Assembly: GCA_017423825.1 (NCBI GenBank)
Contig: JAFPCP010000029.1
Location: 15,521 to 79,520 of the forward strand
Direction of reading: 5' to 3'
Source of the DNA: Clostridia bacterium
GTDB taxonomy: Bacteria; Bacillota; Clostridia; Oscillospirales; Acutalibacteraceae
DNA: 64,000 bases
Below, piece after piece: positions 28,666-36,948 of the stretch (the stretch's first letter is position 1; each line of letters opens with the position of its first letter). The position numbers and the translations under genes were made by a program. Under the pieces are notes generated by a model. That model did not search any database and was not told the origin of the DNA. It was given only the letters and a program-made list of their open reading frames with translations.

Positions 28666-29762
28666 GTATGAACGAGTTAGATAAAGCGCGACAACAAATC
28701 AATGAAGTAGACGAAGAAATGGCGCGCCTGTTTCAGAAGCGCATGGATGCCGTGCGGCTGGTAGCGGCGTACAAAAAGAAACACGGGATGCCGGTGGATG
28801 ACCTTGCCCGTGAGGAAGAGATGATACAGCGCAACAGCACGCGTGTGCAGGATGAGGCTTATCGCTCGTATTACGTCAATTTTTTGCGCGCCAATATTGA
28901 TTTGTCCAAAAACCTGCAACACCGTTTGCTGGACGGTATGCGTGTGGCGTATAGCGGGGTAGAAGGTGCCTTTGCGAACATTGTAGCGGAGCGCATCTTT
29001 CCGGATGCCTCGTGTGTGCCTTGCGCAGATTTCAAGGCGGCTTATCAGGCAGTGGTTGATGGGGATTGTGATTGCGCTTTGTTGCCTGTGGAAAATAGTT
29101 TTAACGGCGACGTGGGCCGGGTGATGGATTTGGCCTTTTTCGGTTCGCTGTACGTCACCGGCGTGTACGAAGCGGAAATTGTGCAAAATCTGTTGGTGGT
29201 GCCGGGCACAAAGGCCGAAGATATCCGGCAGGTGATTAGTCACCCGCAGGCGCTCGGCCAATGCGCGGCGTATATTGAACAGCATGGATATCAGCCGATA
29301 GAGGCTGTAAACACAGCGGTGGCCGTCAAACAGGTGGCAGAGATGGGGCGGCACGATATAGCTGCCATCGGCAGCGAGGAAGCGGCTGCGAAATTCGGTT
29401 TACAAAAGTTGGATTCGCATATTAACGAAAGCGGGACCAACAGCACACGTTTTGCGGTGTTTTCGCGAGCGCAGCGCATAACCGGCCCGAAGGACAAGGA
29501 CGACCGTTTCATTATGCTGTTTACTGTGAAAAACACAGCCGGTTCATTGGGCCGCGCGATATCGGTGATTGGAGAGCACGGCTTTAATTTGCGCGCCTTA
29601 AAAAGCCGCCCGACGCATGATTTGAGTTGGGAGTATTATTTTTACGCAGAGGGCGAAGGTAACATTGCCGGGGAACAGGGACAGACCATGTTGCGTGATT
29701 TGACGGCTTGTTGTAATAACGTAAAAATACTCGGGAGTTATGAGAAGGAAATAAAGGTCTAG
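28662..29762 (+). CDS. pheA: bifunctional chorismate mutase / prephenate dehydratase (P-protein) with ACT domain
   Basis: N-terminal AroQ-type CM helix (INEVDEEMARLFQKRMD), PDT domain with NSTRF, C-terminal ACT (GSLGRAISVIGEHGFNL). ATGA overlap with the upstream gene. Confidence 0.9.
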   Translation: MSMNELDKARQQINEVDEEMARLFQKRMDAVRLVAAYKKKHGMPVDDLAREEEMIQRNSTRVQDEAYRSYYVNFLRANIDLSKNLQHRLLDGMRVAYSGVEGAFANIVAERIFPDASCVPCADFKAAYQAVVDGDCDCALLPVENSFNGDVGRVMDLAFFGSLYVTGVYEAEIVQNLLVVPGTKAEDIRQVISHPQALGQCAAYIEQHGYQPIEAVNTAVAVKQVAEMGRHDIAAIGSEEAAAKFGLQKLDSHINESGTNSTRFAVFSRAQRITGPKDKDDRFIMLFTVKNTAGSLGRAISVIGEHGFNLRALKSRPTHDLSWEYYFYAEGEGNIAGEQGQTMLRDLTACCNNVKILGSYEKEIKV

Positions 29763-29783
29763 TATAGCAGGAGGCGAGCGACA

Positions 29784-30803
29784 ATGCGAATACCGGTTAA
29801 AACTTCACAAGGCGCATACGATATTGTGTTGGAACGTGGTGCTTTAAAAAAAGCAGGCACGTATCTTTCTTTACAGCGTCGGGTATTGATAGTGACCGAC
29901 ACCGGCGTACCGCCCGCCTATGCTGAGAGAGTGGCTTCTGCTTGCAAAAGCCCGGTGATATTGACCATCCCGCAGGGGGAACGCTCCAAACAAATGGAAA
30001 CCTATACGTTGTTGTTGGAGACGCTTGTGAAAAACGATTTCACCCGCACCGACTGCGTGGTAGCGGTTGGCGGCGGCGTGGTGGGGGATTTGGCAGGTTT
30101 TGCGGCGTCCACCTATATGCGTGGCATTGATTTTTACAACATTCCCACAACCGTGCTTTCGCAGGTGGATTCCTCCATCGGCGGGAAAACAGCCATTGAT
30201 TTTATGGGACTTAAAAACATTGTCGGGGCTTTTTATCCGCCTAAGCGGGTGCTAATCGATCCCGATACGCTGGCGACTTTGCCGGCACGACAGATAGCCA
30301 ATGGATTGGCAGAATCGGTAAAAATGGCGTTGACCAGCGATGCGGAGCTGTTCACCTTGTTTGAAACAGGGGATTTGCGCGAGGCAGCTGTGTTGGATAC
30401 GGTCATTGCCCGCTCTTTGGCGATAAAGAAACAGGTCGTCGAGCAGGATGAACACGAATCCGGTTTGCGGAAAATCCTGAATTTCGGGCACACTCTGGCG
30501 CATGCGTTGGAGAGCGTGCATGGGATGGATACCTACTACCACGGAGAATGTGTGGCAATCGGTATGGTGCCGATGTGTGCGCCTGCGGTGCGGGAGCGAT
30601 TGTTGCCGGTGTTGGAGCGCTTGCAATTACCTACGCAATTAGCGGGTGATGCAGAGGCGCTGATTGCGGCTTGTCGGCACGATAAAAAGATGACGGATGA
30701 GGATATAACCGTAGTGTATGTGCCGGAGATAGGGCAGTATGCATTGCATGCGATTCCGTTTACGGCATTGGAAACACGTATAAGGGAGGTGCTGGACAAA
30801 TGA
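29784..30803 (+). CDS. aroB: 3-dehydroquinate synthase
   Basis: GGGVVGDLAGFAASTYMRGI and GHTLAHALE motifs. Confidence 0.93.
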   Translation: MRIPVKTSQGAYDIVLERGALKKAGTYLSLQRRVLIVTDTGVPPAYAERVASACKSPVILTIPQGERSKQMETYTLLLETLVKNDFTRTDCVVAVGGGVVGDLAGFAASTYMRGIDFYNIPTTVLSQVDSSIGGKTAIDFMGLKNIVGAFYPPKRVLIDPDTLATLPARQIANGLAESVKMALTSDAELFTLFETGDLREAAVLDTVIARSLAIKKQVVEQDEHESGLRKILNFGHTLAHALESVHGMDTYYHGECVAIGMVPMCAPAVRERLLPVLERLQLPTQLAGDAEALIAACRHDKKMTDEDITVVYVPEIGQYALHAIPFTALETRIREVLDK

Positions 30804-31894
30804 AAAACACGATAGGTAACCACGTTTCAGTCACGTTGTTTGGAGAAAGCCATGGCCCGTCTATCGGCGTCGTTTTGGATGGCTTGGCGCCGGGCATGCG
30901 TGTGGATGAAGAATATATTACTGCGATGTTGGCGCAGCGTCGTCCGGCGGGTGCGTTGTCCACCGCCCGGCGGGAGCCGGATCCCTTCGTGATAGAGAGC
31001 GGTGTGTGGCAGGGGTATACCACCGGCACACCGGTGTGTATTCGCATTCCGAATACCGATACGCGTTCCGGTGATTATGCGGATACCCGCTGGCTCGCGC
31101 GCCCTTCCCATGCGGATTATACCGCCCATCAGAAATACCACGGATTTGAGGATTATCGCGGCGGCGGCCATTTCAGCGGTCGGTTAACGGCGGCATTGGT
31201 GGCGGCCGGGGCGTTGGTGATGCCCTCGCTTGTGGCCAAAGGGATTGCTATCGGCACGCATATACAACGCTGTGCCGGTGTCGCTGACCGCGATTTTGGG
31301 GATATAGCCCAAGATATCGCCGCGTTGCAGAAATTGGATTTTGGCGCATTGGATGCGGCCGCAGCCGAAGAGATGCAACAGCGCATACTCAAAGCCAAAG
31401 CCGAGGGCGACAGTGTTGGTGGTGTGCTGGAAACGGCTGTCATCGGGCTGGAACCCGGTTTAGGCGAGCCCTGGTTTGACACCGTGGAGGGTGTGTTGGC
31501 GCACGCTTTATATGCCATTCCGGCGGTAAAAGGCGTGGAATTCGGAGCGGGTTTTGGGCTGGCAGATATGACCGGTTCGGTCGCCAATGATGCTTTTTGC
31601 CAAACAGACAGAGGCATCGCCACCGCGACCAACCATAGCGGCGGCGTCAACGGCGGTATCACAAACGGCATGCCGGTGATATTTCGCTGTGCAGTGCGTC
31701 CGACGCCGACGTTGAGCCGCCCGCAAAACACCATAGACATGCGCACCGGTGAGGCGGCTGTTTTACAGTCTAAGGGACGTCACGACCCGTGCATTGTGCA
31801 CCGTGCCAGAGTGGTTGTGGATGCGGTGACCGCTTTGGCGGTGTGTGATTTGCTTGCGGGCCGCTATGGTACAGATTGGTTGGGTGCTCAATGA
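30800..31894 (+). CDS. aroC: chorismate synthase
   Basis: GESHGPSIG, RPSHAD and GRHDPC motifs. Overlaps the aroB stop. Confidence 0.95.
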   Translation: MKNTIGNHVSVTLFGESHGPSIGVVLDGLAPGMRVDEEYITAMLAQRRPAGALSTARREPDPFVIESGVWQGYTTGTPVCIRIPNTDTRSGDYADTRWLARPSHADYTAHQKYHGFEDYRGGGHFSGRLTAALVAAGALVMPSLVAKGIAIGTHIQRCAGVADRDFGDIAQDIAALQKLDFGALDAAAAEEMQQRILKAKAEGDSVGGVLETAVIGLEPGLGEPWFDTVEGVLAHALYAIPAVKGVEFGAGFGLADMTGSVANDAFCQTDRGIATATNHSGGVNGGITNGMPVIFRCAVRPTPTLSRPQNTIDMRTGEAAVLQSKGRHDPCIVHRARVVVDAVTALAVCDLLAGRYGTDWLGAQ

Positions 31895-33144
31895 AATATG
31901 GATGTATAGCGGAAAAGTTGTCCCACAGTTTTTCAAAGGAAATACACGCGCAGTTGTTTGGTTATGACTATACGTTGCGCGAGGTGCCGCCGAACGAACT
32001 GGATGCATTTATGCGTGCGCGGGATTTTGCGGCGATTAACGTCACCATCCCGTACAAGCAACAGGTGTTGCCGTATTTGGATGAAATCAGCGATATAGCC
32101 CGTCGGATCGGCGCGGTGAATACGATTGTTAATCAGCAAGGCCGTCTGATTGGCTACAATACGGATTTTTTGGGTTTAAGCGCCCTCATAAAGCGTGCCG
32201 GTCTTTCTCTTGCGAATAAAAAGGTGCTGGTGTTAGGTAGTGGCGGCACATCCAAAACCGCCTTGGCGGTAGCCGAGACTATGGGATGCCGTTGTGTATA
32301 CCGAGTCTCTCGCAATGGTCGGGAAAATTGCATTACCTACGAACAGGCCGCTGCTGAACACGCAGATGCGCAGATTTTAATCAACACCACACCCTGTGGT
32401 ATGTATCCCGTCTTGGGAGAAACACCTGTAAAGCTAGACACCTTTCCAGAATTAGAAGGTATCGTCGATGCGGTGTACAACCCACTGCGCAGCCAATTGG
32501 TGTGTGACGCGTTGAAACGAGGCCTTGTGGCTGTGGGTGGATTGTATATGTTGGTGGCACAGGCGGCGTATGCGGCGGAGAAATTCACGGAGCAAGAGGT
32601 GCCTGTGGATAAGATAGAGGCGATATACACCAACATGCGGCAGAAGAAAGAGAACATCGTGCTTGTCGGCATGCCTGGCTGTGGAAAGAGCACGGTTGGT
32701 TTGGGCTTAGCCGATGCGCTGGGATGCGATTTTATAGACACCGACCGCGAAATTGAGACGCGTCAAGGGCGTTTTATCCCGGACATTTTTGAGCGTGTTG
32801 GCGAGGCTGGGTTTCGCGACATGGAAACGGCCGTCATTCGAGAGATAGCCTCTCGACAAGGTGCGGTGATAGCCATCGGTGGCGGCGCGGTGTTACGCGC
32901 AGAAAACGTGGATTGGTTGCGACAAAACGGGCGCTTGTATTTCCTGGACCGCCCGCTGGAATGTTTGCCGGTGACGCAAGACAGACCGCTGTCGAGCAGT
33001 CGGCAGGCATTGGAGCAACGCTATCACGAACGATATGCCACATATTGTGCGGTTTGTGACCGGCGCGTACCCGTCGAGGAAAACGTAGACCAAACGATAA
33101 AGACCATTATAGAGGATGTTGCGTATGAAGATTTTGGTGATTAA
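31891..33144 (+). CDS. fusion: shikimate dehydrogenase (AroE) + shikimate kinase (AroK)
   Basis: The N-terminal ~260 aa are AroE-like (VTIPYK, GSGGTSK). The C-terminal part has the P-loop GMPGCGKST (coded from 32668) and DTD, as in AroK. ATGA overlap with aroC at 31891. Confidence 0.88.
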   Translation: MKYGCIAEKLSHSFSKEIHAQLFGYDYTLREVPPNELDAFMRARDFAAINVTIPYKQQVLPYLDEISDIARRIGAVNTIVNQQGRLIGYNTDFLGLSALIKRAGLSLANKKVLVLGSGGTSKTALAVAETMGCRCVYRVSRNGRENCITYEQAAAEHADAQILINTTPCGMYPVLGETPVKLDTFPELEGIVDAVYNPLRSQLVCDALKRGLVAVGGLYMLVAQAAYAAEKFTEQEVPVDKIEAIYTNMRQKKENIVLVGMPGCGKSTVGLGLADALGCDFIDTDREIETRQGRFIPDIFERVGEAGFRDMETAVIREIASRQGAVIAIGGGAVLRAENVDWLRQNGRLYFLDRPLECLPVTQDRPLSSSRQALEQRYHERYATYCAVCDRRVPVEENVDQTIKTIIEDVAYEDFGD

Positions 33145-33559
33145 CGGGCCCAACATAAACATGCTTGGCATACGGGAACCGGCGATTTACGGGCAGGCTA
33201 CGTATGCGGATTTGTGTGAACAAATTCGCGCGTATGCGGTGAACCGAAAGATAGACGTGGAGTTGTATCAATCCAACCACGAAGGTGCGCTGGTAGACGC
33301 TATCCAGCAGGCCTATAATCGTGTGGATGGCATTGTGATCAATCCGGCCGCATATACACACACCAGCATCGCACTTCTGGATGCACTCAAAGCGGTGGGG
33401 CTTCCCGCGGTGGAGGTGCACATTTCGAATGTTGCCGAACGGGAAGATTTCCGGCAGGTGAGTTATGTGCGGGAATGGTGTGAAAAGACCATTGCCGGCC
33501 ATGGATTTGCTGGGTATTTAGAGGCAATGGATTACCTTGTTGAGCGTGCGGGGGGATAG
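33125..33559 (+). CDS. aroQ: type II 3-dehydroquinate dehydratase
   Basis: MKILVINGPNINMLGIREPAIYG and INPAAYTHTSIAL. Confidence 0.95.
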   Translation: MKILVINGPNINMLGIREPAIYGQATYADLCEQIRAYAVNRKIDVELYQSNHEGALVDAIQQAYNRVDGIVINPAAYTHTSIALLDALKAVGLPAVEVHISNVAEREDFRQVSYVREWCEKTIAGHGFAGYLEAMDYLVERAGG

Positions 33560-33562
33560 CAT

Positions 33563-34765
33563 ATGAACGTGCAAATTTTCTCCTCTTGCGCCGCGGGTGA
33601 GGTAGCTGCGCCCCCATCCAAAAGCATGGCGCATCGGGCGCTGTTGTGCGCGGCTCTTTCAGAGGGTAGCACGGTGTGTGGGTTGGCCTATTCGCAGGAT
33701 ATCTTGGCAACCATCCAGTGTCTACGTGCGTTGGGAGCTGCGGTTGAGCAGAACGGCGACACCGTGCGTCTGGGTGACCTGCGTCCTTTTGATACACCAG
33801 ACGACGTTTGTTTGGATTGTAACGAAAGCGGCAGCACGTTGCGCTTTTTATTGCCATTGTGTATGCTTTCCGGCCGAGTGGTGACGCTCACCGGCAGTCA
33901 ACGGCTTTTTGAGCGTCCATTGAGTGTGTATGAAAGCATCGCGCGCGAACAAGGCGGGCTTTTCGAGAAAGTGGGCAACCGATTGCGTGTTTGCGGCGGA
34001 TTGCGTGCCGGCACCTACCGCGTGCCCGGAAATATATCCAGCCAGTTTATCACCGGCTTACTTTATGCTTTGCCTTTGTTGCCGGGGGACAGTTGCTTGG
34101 AAATCATCGGCGGACTGGAAAGTGGCTCTTATGTGGATTTGACGCTGGCGGCGCTGAAAGAGTTTGGCATATCCATCCATCGTGATGGTTCAGTTTTTCA
34201 TATTCCCGGCGGGCAAAAGTTTGACTGTTGCGTCTATACCGTCGAGGGGGATTGCTCCAATGCCGCTTTTTTGGATGCGCTGAACGTTGTGGGTGGCCAT
34301 GTGCGCGTGACCGGTCTTACGAAAGACACATTGCAAGGGGACCGCGTCTATCGCACTATGTATGAATCCTTGTTAGGTGGCGGTCGCCGTTTTGATTTGA
34401 CGGATTGCCCGGATTTGGGGCCGATTATGTTTGCGCTGGCAGCGGCAACGGGTGGCGCGGAGTTTACCGGCACCGCCCGCCTGTCCATAAAGGAGAGCGA
34501 CCGCTGCGCCGCGATGGCGATGGAACTGGCCAAATACGGCATTACGATGCAGGTAGGGCAAAACACCGTGTCGGTGCAAGAGGGAACCTTGCAAACGCCC
34601 GCGGTGCCGCTGTGTGGACACAACGACCACCGTATTGTCATGGCGTTGGCTGTGTTGTGCACCATAACCGGTGGCATCATTGAAGGAGCCGAAGCGGTGC
34701 GCAAAAGTTTTCCGGACTTTTTCGACGTGCTGAAATCTTTACAGATTGGACTAACCGAATTATGA
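33563..34765 (+). CDS. aroA: 3-phosphoshikimate 1-carboxyvinyltransferase (EPSP synthase)
   Basis: PPSKSMAHRAL, LFERPL and DHRIVMA motifs. Confidence 0.93.
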   Translation: MNVQIFSSCAAGEVAAPPSKSMAHRALLCAALSEGSTVCGLAYSQDILATIQCLRALGAAVEQNGDTVRLGDLRPFDTPDDVCLDCNESGSTLRFLLPLCMLSGRVVTLTGSQRLFERPLSVYESIAREQGGLFEKVGNRLRVCGGLRAGTYRVPGNISSQFITGLLYALPLLPGDSCLEIIGGLESGSYVDLTLAALKEFGISIHRDGSVFHIPGGQKFDCCVYTVEGDCSNAAFLDALNVVGGHVRVTGLTKDTLQGDRVYRTMYESLLGGGRRFDLTDCPDLGPIMFALAAATGGAEFTGTARLSIKESDRCAAMAMELAKYGITMQVGQNTVSVQEGTLQTPAVPLCGHNDHRIVMALAVLCTITGGIIEGAEAVRKSFPDFFDVLKSLQIGLTEL

Positions 34766-35622
34766 AATTGGATACATCAAAAAAGATTCTTATTGTAGGG
34801 CTTGGTTTGCTGGGCGGTAGTTATGCCAAAGCGCTGAAAAAGAAAGGGTTTACCGTCCATGCAATAACACGTAATCCGGAGGATATCACCTATGGATTGG
34901 AAAATGGCCTGATAGATGCCGGCACCACAACGGTGGATGCGGATTTGATCGGCGCATCGGATTTGGTTGTGTTTGCGTTATATCCGCATGTTTTTCTTGA
35001 ATGGATACAACAACACGGACACCTACTGCGAGAGGGTACGGTGATCACCGACGTGACCGGTGTCAAAGGGTGTATCGTGCATGAGATACAGAATCGGCTG
35101 AAACCGGGCGTGGAGTTTATCTCTGCGCACCCGATGGCGGGGCGAGAGGTAGGCGGTGTGCAAAATAGCGACGATGCCATTTTTACAGGCGCCAACTATA
35201 TCGTGGTGCCGACCGAGCGCAACACGCCCGAAGGCATTGCGCTTTGCAAAGAACTGGGAGAGATTTTAGGGTTTGCGGATATATCTGTGCTCACACCGGA
35301 AAAACACGATAAGATGATAGCCTTTTTATCCCAGTTAACACACGGCATTGCCGTGTCGCTCATGTGTGCGGTTGACGATGCGGATGTGCAACGCTACACC
35401 GGTGACTCTTTCCGGGATTTGACGCGCATTGCTAACATTAATGACGAAATGTGGAGTGAGTTGTTTCTCGCAAACCGCATCGCGTTGTTGGATGAAATGG
35501 ACCGCTACCGAGAAACATTTGACCGTTTGTACACTTGTATTAAAGATGGCGACAGAGAGGAGATGCGTCGCATGATGCGGCTGTCCACTGTCCGCCGTCG
35601 TGAGTTTGATAAGAAGGCGTGA
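34762..35622 (+). CDS. tyrA: prephenate dehydrogenase
   Basis: Rossmann IVGLGLLGGS and HPMAG motif. Overlaps the aroA stop. Confidence 0.9.
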   Translation: MKLDTSKKILIVGLGLLGGSYAKALKKKGFTVHAITRNPEDITYGLENGLIDAGTTTVDADLIGASDLVVFALYPHVFLEWIQQHGHLLREGTVITDVTGVKGCIVHEIQNRLKPGVEFISAHPMAGREVGGVQNSDDAIFTGANYIVVPTERNTPEGIALCKELGEILGFADISVLTPEKHDKMIAFLSQLTHGIAVSLMCAVDDADVQRYTGDSFRDLTRIANINDEMWSELFLANRIALLDEMDRYRETFDRLYTCIKDGDREEMRRMMRLSTVRRREFDKKA

Positions 35623-35628
35623 ATTACT

Positions 35629-36657
35629 ATGAATATGACCTTCCACAAAAAATTGCCCATTCCGCAAGATATAAAAGCCGAATATCCGGTTTTGGAAACG
35701 ATGGCAGAGGTGAAAGAAGCCCGAGACCGCGCGATTAAAGCGGTATTTTCCGGCGAATCGGATAAGTTTTTATTGATTATCGGTCCTTGTTCTGCGGACC
35801 ATCGCGAGCCGGTGCTGGATTATATCGGTCGTTTGCGCCGTGTACAGGACCGCGTGCAGGATAAAATCATTATTATTCCCCGCATCTATACCAACAAGCC
35901 CCGTACGACCGGCGACGGATACAAGGGGATGCTTCACCAGCCGGATCCGGATAAAAGACCGGATATGCTTAAAGGTATAGTGGCTATCCGTGAATTGCAT
36001 AGAACGGCGCTGAAAGATTACGGATTTACTTGTGCAGACGAGATGTTATACCCCGAAAATCACCGGTATTTATCGGATTTGTTGGCGTATGTGGCGGTGG
36101 GCGCGCGGTCGGTGGAAAACCAGCAGCACCGACTGACCGCGAGTGGATTAGACGTGCCGGTGGGGATGAAAAACCCCACCAGCGGAGATTTGACCATCAT
36201 GATGAATTCTATTAAGGCTGCCCAGCACAGCCACACGTTCCTGTATCGCGGCTGGGAGGTGCAAAGCCACGGCAACCCGTATGCGCACGCGATTTTACGC
36301 GGGTCTGTTGATTTTGCCGGCAAGAGCGTCTCCAATTACCACTATGAGGATTTACTAAAATTGCACGCTTTGTATCAAGAGTCTGGTTTAGATAATCCGG
36401 CGGCCATCGTGGACACTAACCATGCAAACTCCGGAAAGAAATGGATGGAGCAGGTGCGTATTGCGAACGAGGTGGTTTTCAGCCGCAATCACAACAGCGA
36501 CATTAAACGGCTTGTCAAAGGTCTCATGATTGAAAGTTATATTGAGGACGGTGCCCAAGGCCCCGGAGAGCATGTGTACGGCAAATCCATCACGGATCCC
36601 TGTCTTGGTTGGGAGAAAACGGAAAATCTTATTTTGCAGTTAGCGGATAAGGTGTAA
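35629..36657 (+). CDS. aroG: 3-deoxy-7-phosphoheptulonate (DAHP) synthase, class I
   Basis: IIGPCS and KPRTT motifs, 342 aa. Confidence 0.9.
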   Translation: MNMTFHKKLPIPQDIKAEYPVLETMAEVKEARDRAIKAVFSGESDKFLLIIGPCSADHREPVLDYIGRLRRVQDRVQDKIIIIPRIYTNKPRTTGDGYKGMLHQPDPDKRPDMLKGIVAIRELHRTALKDYGFTCADEMLYPENHRYLSDLLAYVAVGARSVENQQHRLTASGLDVPVGMKNPTSGDLTIMMNSIKAAQHSHTFLYRGWEVQSHGNPYAHAILRGSVDFAGKSVSNYHYEDLLKLHALYQESGLDNPAAIVDTNHANSGKKWMEQVRIANEVVFSRNHNSDIKRLVKGLMIESYIEDGAQGPGEHVYGKSITDPCLGWEKTENLILQLADKV

Positions 36658-36697
36658 TGAATTTTTTACAAATCTTTGATTTTCCTGCGGTTTAGTC

Positions 36698-36726
36698 TTG
36701 ACATTCCGTTCGAAATCGTGTAAAAT
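36698..36726 (+). promoter_or_regulatory. sigma-A type promoter of tRNA-Gln
   Basis: TTGACA (36698-36703), 17 nt, TAAAAT (36721-36726). Confidence 0.65.
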
Positions 36727-36766
36727 GCATCAAGGCGGTTGAGGGAATCCTCTCCGCTGTGCATAT

Positions 36767-36840
36767 TGGGCTGTAGTCTAGCGGTAGGACACGTGACTTT
36801 GACTCACGCCGTGATGGTTCGACTCCATCCAGCCCAGCCA
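36767..36840 (+). tRNA. tRNA-Gln (anticodon UUG)
   Basis: Acceptor TGGGCTG/CAGCCCA, anticodon stem CGTGA/TCACG with loop CTTTGAC, T-loop TTCGACT, encoded CCA. Confidence 0.92.
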
Positions 36841-36876
36841 AAAATCGCCGACAGTTTCTGTCGGCGATTTTTCTTT
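36841..36876 (+). terminator. rho-independent terminator of tRNA-Gln
   Basis: AAAATCGCCGACAG-TTTC-TGTCGGCGATTTTT. Confidence 0.85.
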
Positions 36877-36948
36877 TGTAAAACGGTAGATCTATGGATT
36901 GCTTTATGATAAAATAAGTGTAACGAAGATCCACAAGGAGGGGATAGA

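Noticed and set aside
28103-29354. 199-aa and 225-aa minus-strand ORFs antisense to the aminotransferase/pheA genes
   Set aside because: They are shadow ORFs inside motif-supported plus-strand genes.
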